Positions 59,541-64,000 of a DNA stretch of 64,000 nt are shown here, piece by piece (position 1 is the first letter of the stretch; the number at the start of each line of letters is the position of its first letter). A program made the position numbers and the translations under genes. The notes under the pieces are model-generated. The model was not told the origin of the DNA. It saw only the letters and a program-made list of their open reading frames with translations, and did no database searches. The stretch spans positions 524,191 to 588,190 of the forward strand of contig NW_005434634.1 of assembly GCF_000315625.1 (NCBI RefSeq), written 5' to 3'. Source of the DNA: Guillardia theta CCMP2712 (Eukaryota > Protista > Cryptophyta).

Positions 59541-61444
59541 CTATATACCAGTCTCCTGCTCCTCCTCCTCCCGGATGTCACCATCATTATCTTGCAGTAC
59601 AGCAGCAGGAAACTCTTCTATATCAGAGAATGAAAACATCTCCGGCAGTCTTGGGTCCTCCTTCCAACTCTCCTCCACTGCGATGCCTGCTGGAGCTTGA
59701 TCCCTGATGCGGGTCAGCACACCTCGCAGCCTCTCCCCGCCTGCAAACATGCCGTTCTCCTGGTCCATCATCATCGAGTGCATGTAAGATGCTTCCTGTA
59801 TCGTCTCGCCTCTTTCCGTCCTCCTACTCATGCACATGCTCCACCCAGTGGGCAGATCAACCGCGTGCAGCTGTGGCTGGTCAGGAACCATGGTCCTGCA
59901 ACCATCCACGAGCAGCAGGACAGGAGGCCGTGGATGCTCGAACCATTTGGTCCAGAGCTTCACAATGTCCCCGAGCGTGACGGCGCCTTCAGGTTCTTCA
60001 TCGAGGCGATCGAGCCAGGAGGCGTCGAAGTCTTTCAGGAGGAAGCAGAGCTCGCCTGACTTGCCCTCCTTCAGCACATGCCCCGAGAAGGTCACCAGGA
60101 TCCAGGACGGGGGAAACTTGGCGATGACCTCCAAGTGTTTCTCGAGGAGGTAGAGGAGGTCATTCTCAGTCGGGTCTGAGATTTCCACCCCGCGACATCG
60201 AGGCATCCGCCTAAGCGCATGGAGGAAGTCATGCGAGTCTCTGAGGGCTTGAGGGAGCGGAGGGAGCATTTCGTATCCCCCGACCCCGATGCAGAGCGCA
60301 AAGACCTCAAGTCGCTCCTGCAGCACAAGGTCGAACTCCTCCTCCTCCTTCTGTTTGAGCCCACCCCTCACATTTCGAATAGTCTCCTGCTTGCTGCATG
60401 ATGGTACATGTCAGTGATCAGATATCGGTCTAACGCTCTTTCCCCTCCCCTCGTTCTTTTCATTGCGTTGCTTCTTCCACGTCGTTCTTCTCCTGCCTCC
60501 TCGTTTCTACATGCTGTCTTTCTCGGACAGACGTCTGCCTCCCTCNNNNNNNNNNNNNNNNNNNNNNNNNNNNNNNNNNNNNNNNNNNNNNNNNNNNNNN
60601 NNNNNNNNNNNNNNNNNNNNNNNNNNNNNNNNNNNNNNNNNNNNNCCCTCCCTCCCTCCCTCCCTCCCTCCCTCCCCTCCCTCCCCTCCCTCCCTCCCTC
60701 CCTCCCCTCCCTCCCTCTGCTGCAGCTATCTTCTCTGTCTGCTATGATTGGCTTACCTCTCTGTCTCAGTGTGGTACACGCGCAATTTTGTGCTGCCCGA
60801 GCAGCGTATTCGAGCACCTCCTGCACTTGTTGATATATCTTTGGGGATTTGTTCCTATCCAATGCCGGCAGCTTGTTAGGCCTCTCATACCAGTCCCACT
60901 CCAGGTCTTGTGAACGATCCAAGTAATTTCGCCAATGTCTGCGAAGGTGCGGGGAGCAGGGGAGCACCGGCAGCCCGTAGAGCTCTACATCTTTAAAGTA
61001 CCCCGTCTCGTCCCTCCTTGCGCATCGGCGAATGTTGACGGCGGTGATGCGACGAGCTCGGTCCCACACATGCTGCTCCCTCTCGCTCCACTTCTTGAGG
61101 GTGTGCACATGGAGACTGTAGCGCTCGAGGTTGTTGTTGCCCACCCGGAAGGCATACATCCTCTCGAGGAAGGGCCCGAGGCCGCGGTCCTGGACCTGGT
61201 TCCCTTCGTCGCGGTAACGGAAGTCGATGACGGACGTGAGCGTCACCTGACGCTTCTTCAAGCAGAAAATGAACGATTTCCATAGGTCGTCGTTGTCGAT
61301 ATGGAGTTTCCCCCGAAGAACCTCGACCCATGCTGTTTTTCCTGAACTTTAGGTCATACCCCGGCATGCGACATCAGTGACATCCTACTACCTCATCCGC
61401 TTCTCCCTTGGCACGCTATGGCCTCTCCAACTGCAGAAGTGCAT
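59541..61444 (-). CDS. Caspase-like (peptidase C14) protein with unknown N-terminal domain
   Basis: 'ALCIGVGGY..LPPL', 'VTFSGH' and 'LLLVDGCR' (His/Cys dyad). Upstream exons 'MHFCSWRG..' and 'KTAWVEVL..' splice in frame, but the link across the gap is inferred. Confidence 0.7.
60546..60645. other. Assembly gap (N run)
   Basis: 100 Ns. Confidence 1.
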
Positions 61445-61569
61445 CAGCAGGTCGTCGACCAATCAAGCAGTTGCTAGGGCGATCAAGCAAGCAGAAGAAA
61501 GTTATGATGAGACAGCTACGAGGGGGAGAGAGCGACTAGCCACAAGCTACAAGTCCCAGGTCATGGTCA

Positions 61570-62380
61570 TGGCCGGGCGGCCGGTCCATCATGGCATGCC
61601 ACAGATCCGACGCGACTCGGAATCACCGTGAGATCCGACCACAACTCGGAAGTGACCGTGCCACACTCGGACCGCCTGGCCCGACTCGTCACTGTCACAT
61701 TGAAAGTTGTCAAAGCTTGAGGCTCTAAGTTATCGGTCACACCGGGCCACCGTTTGACTCAGTGAGTCACGGCGGAGCCTCGGAGTCACGGCGGGTCGGG
61801 CTCGGATCGGCCCGACGGCGTCCCGGGCTCAGCCTCACGGTGACCGGGCTCCCTGGTCAGACCTGGCTCAGTGCCAAGCGCCGGCCCGGCGGGCTCAGCG
61901 GCTCTGACTCAGAGGGCCGAGTCACTGCCGTCAAGTTGTCACGTGACGATCGGTGGGACTTTTGCGGGGATGAGGTCACCAATTTGTCCTTTACAGCGCC
62001 CCATCACGCTACCCACCCTCCTGGGGTCACAAAATAGCACTAAAAGAGGGGGTAGGGGTGTAGGATAGACTGGGGTTATAAAGGGGTGAGGGGTGATTTC
62101 CGATGAAATCGAAGGTCAAATAGAGGGTGGGGTGGTAGACCCCATCGGACAGGAGCATTTGGAATGGAAAAATGTGGAGGAAGGAGAAATTGGTGGTGGG
62201 GGTAGTGACAAGGGGGGTAAGTTTGAATGGAGTTGGGTAGGGGTAGATGATGAGGGGTCAAATTCTATTGAAAATTAGGGGTACTTGTAACCATGTTGTT
62301 CAATTTTTATGGGGTACTTGTGAAACAAAGGGGTGATGAAACGGGTCGGGATAACATGGGTGGGGGTGGTCACATCTAAA
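61570..62380. promoter_or_regulatory. GC-rich TGACTCA/GAGTCAC island followed by GGGGTA tract
   Basis: Dense motif copies, e.g. tgactcagtgagtcacggcgg at 61756, between divergent genes. Confidence 0.5.
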
Positions 62381-62996
62381 CCATCAGGCAGCTACAAGAG
62401 ACGCCCGTGATGGTCTTTGATGCTTCTGAAGCATGCTCATGCTGCTACACTCCGACCCCGCTCCTCTCCTCCATGTCTCCTCCATGTCTCCTCCATGTCT
62501 CCTTTTCCTCTCTGTAATCATCCCAACCTTCATCGTTGTTCCTTTGTCCTGCTCCTGCGCATACTCCTGCTTCTGGTCCCGCTACTACTATGCACCCGAT
62601 TCAAATAATGCTGTCAGGGCACCAAAGGGTGCACCGTGTTCATCTGATACTCTTCATGTTGAATGTCCCCTTTCCTTTGCTGATCATGCTTGCTTTGCTG
62701 CTCTTGCTGCAGAAGAACTCATACGTACTCATATCAATTTTTTTCGTGGCATCCGGAAAAAATTGAGAATTTAGGGAGGTCCCTGCAGCAGGAGCACGCA
62801 CCCTCCTCATTGTACAGTTAGGCTTTTGATGATCTTCCGCATCAGATATGTTTTGATCGATCTCCATATGCTTTTTAAGCGGCCTTGCTCCGTTCGAGGG
62901 GAACTAAAGACGGTTCTAATGGTTTTCTCAGGGTGATTTCTTTCATACTGCATTCAGAATGTGCGAAAGTCTGTGACGGTTCCACTTGATCATCCC

Positions 62997-64000
62997 ATGT
63001 CATACTTGCTCATCCTCCTCCTGCTAGCCTTCCACGCTCCGGCTTCCACATCTCTCTCTTCCACTCCTTCCTATCCTCTTCAGTCGGAGCAGCATGTCCC
63101 CACCCTCCGAGGAGGCAAGCCCTTCGGCTCCCCGATGCTCGATGTGTCCAAGGTGACGAGACCGCAAGCAGCTGAGCTCGCGACGAGTCCAGCAGCAGGC
63201 GAGCAGGAGAAGCCGCAACGGCAGAGGAGCAGGGAGATGTCCAAGCCCAGCCTGCTGCAGATCGACTCAGCAGATGTGCAGAAGCAGGTGGAGGATTTCA
63301 TCAAGAGCGCGGCAGAGCTGCTGCAGCAGACGGAAGAGCTTCTGCGGCCGAGGAGTGGTCACAGCGTCACGAGACTCGCTCAGCGCAATCGGCTGTTAGT
63401 GCAGCGCGCAAAGATCCTCCGTTTGCAGTCTGTGGATCCCTCGACCCACAAGAAGGTGACGCGGCTCTTCTCCTCTCCCTTCTCGCCCTGGCTCATCTCG
63501 TGCAGATCGATGAGAAGATCGCTCAGCTCGAAGCCGCTTGGAACGCTTACGCTCAGATCTCACCACTTGAAACCCAGGTGAGGCAAATCGGCCATCCCTC
63601 CTCCTCTAACTCGCTCTCGCAGGAGTCTCTTACCGCTGTTCCAATGGAGGTGAAGGCGGTTTCAAGCTTGGTGAGCGAGGAGGACGAGATGCGGGCGAAC
63701 AAGAAGTGGGTTCCTTCTTCTCCTCCGCCTCGACTGCTGATCCTCTTCATCGCCGTGCAGGAGAGTTCCTGTGACCTTCACTGTGAGCTGCAATTATACG
63801 GACGTGGGCGATCAATTGCTGCTGATAGGGGACCAGCCCGAGCTAGGTGAGAGCGAGACGGAAGGAGGGGAGGCTGAGCCGTATGACAGGCTCTTGGAAC
63901 CCTCTGGCATCGGTTCTCATGACGACGACGCCCACCATGTATCCGCTGTGGCAGGCGACTGTTGACCTACCAGCGGGACAAACTGGCGCCCCTTCTTTTT
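62997..64000 (+). CDS. Signal-peptide protein with CBM20 starch-binding domain (runs off window)
   Basis: 'MSYLLILLLLAFHAPA..TLRGG', then CBM20 'VTFTVSCNYTDVGDQLLLIGDQPELG|SWNP...YPLWQATVDLP'. Confidence 0.85.

Noticed and set aside
60360-60380. 'NVRGG' just before the caspase domain as a fourth ubiquitin-tail motif
   Set aside because: It is internal, has no signal peptide and matches poorly (V for L), so chance is likely.
62417-62870. Short ORFs on both strands upstream of the CBM20 gene
   Set aside because: No motif or convincing splice model; a small gene cannot be excluded.

Overview
Gene-dense eukaryotic nuclear DNA with many short (~35-60 nt) GT-AG introns, purine/pyrimidine microsatellites and two assembly gaps. 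Signal peptide + 'AF' plastid presequences and a signal-peptide-bearing starch-binding protein suggest an alga with a red-derived complex plastid, most likely a cryptophyte such as Guillardia (inference, not a database result). About 24 protein genes are supported: a polycystin-1-like fragment, CAAX protease, PKD2-like channel, TTLL, PIBF1/CEP90, an atypical kinesin, PPR-like protein, GT41/OGT, Rim2-like carrier, TypA, Zwint/Sos7, Deg10-like protease, WW protein, IFT25, ARM-F-box-LRR, P5CS, RWD-SANT-CHY, WD40, Q-rich protein, TSR1, ACL4, a caspase-like protein and a CBM20 protein. No RNA genes, CRISPR arrays or transposases were seen. The most interesting signal is that three unrelated proteins with signal-like N-termini carry a copy of the ubiquitin C-terminal tail at the end of the presequence: TSR1 (exact LRLRGG, visible only after splicing), a CBM20 protein (LRGG) and a PPR-like protein (LRLRGHGG). 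The two 'AF' stromal proteins lack it. This suggests a deubiquitinase-cleaved presequence for periplastid/nucleomorph proteins. Other highlights: a P5CS lacking its reductase catalytic Cys, a mitochondrial-type TypA with a plastid presequence, a possibly split polycystin-1, a bacterial-style caspase, and a recurrent TGACTCA-island plus GGGGTA-tract intergenic architecture. Exon boundaries were read by eye and are approximate.
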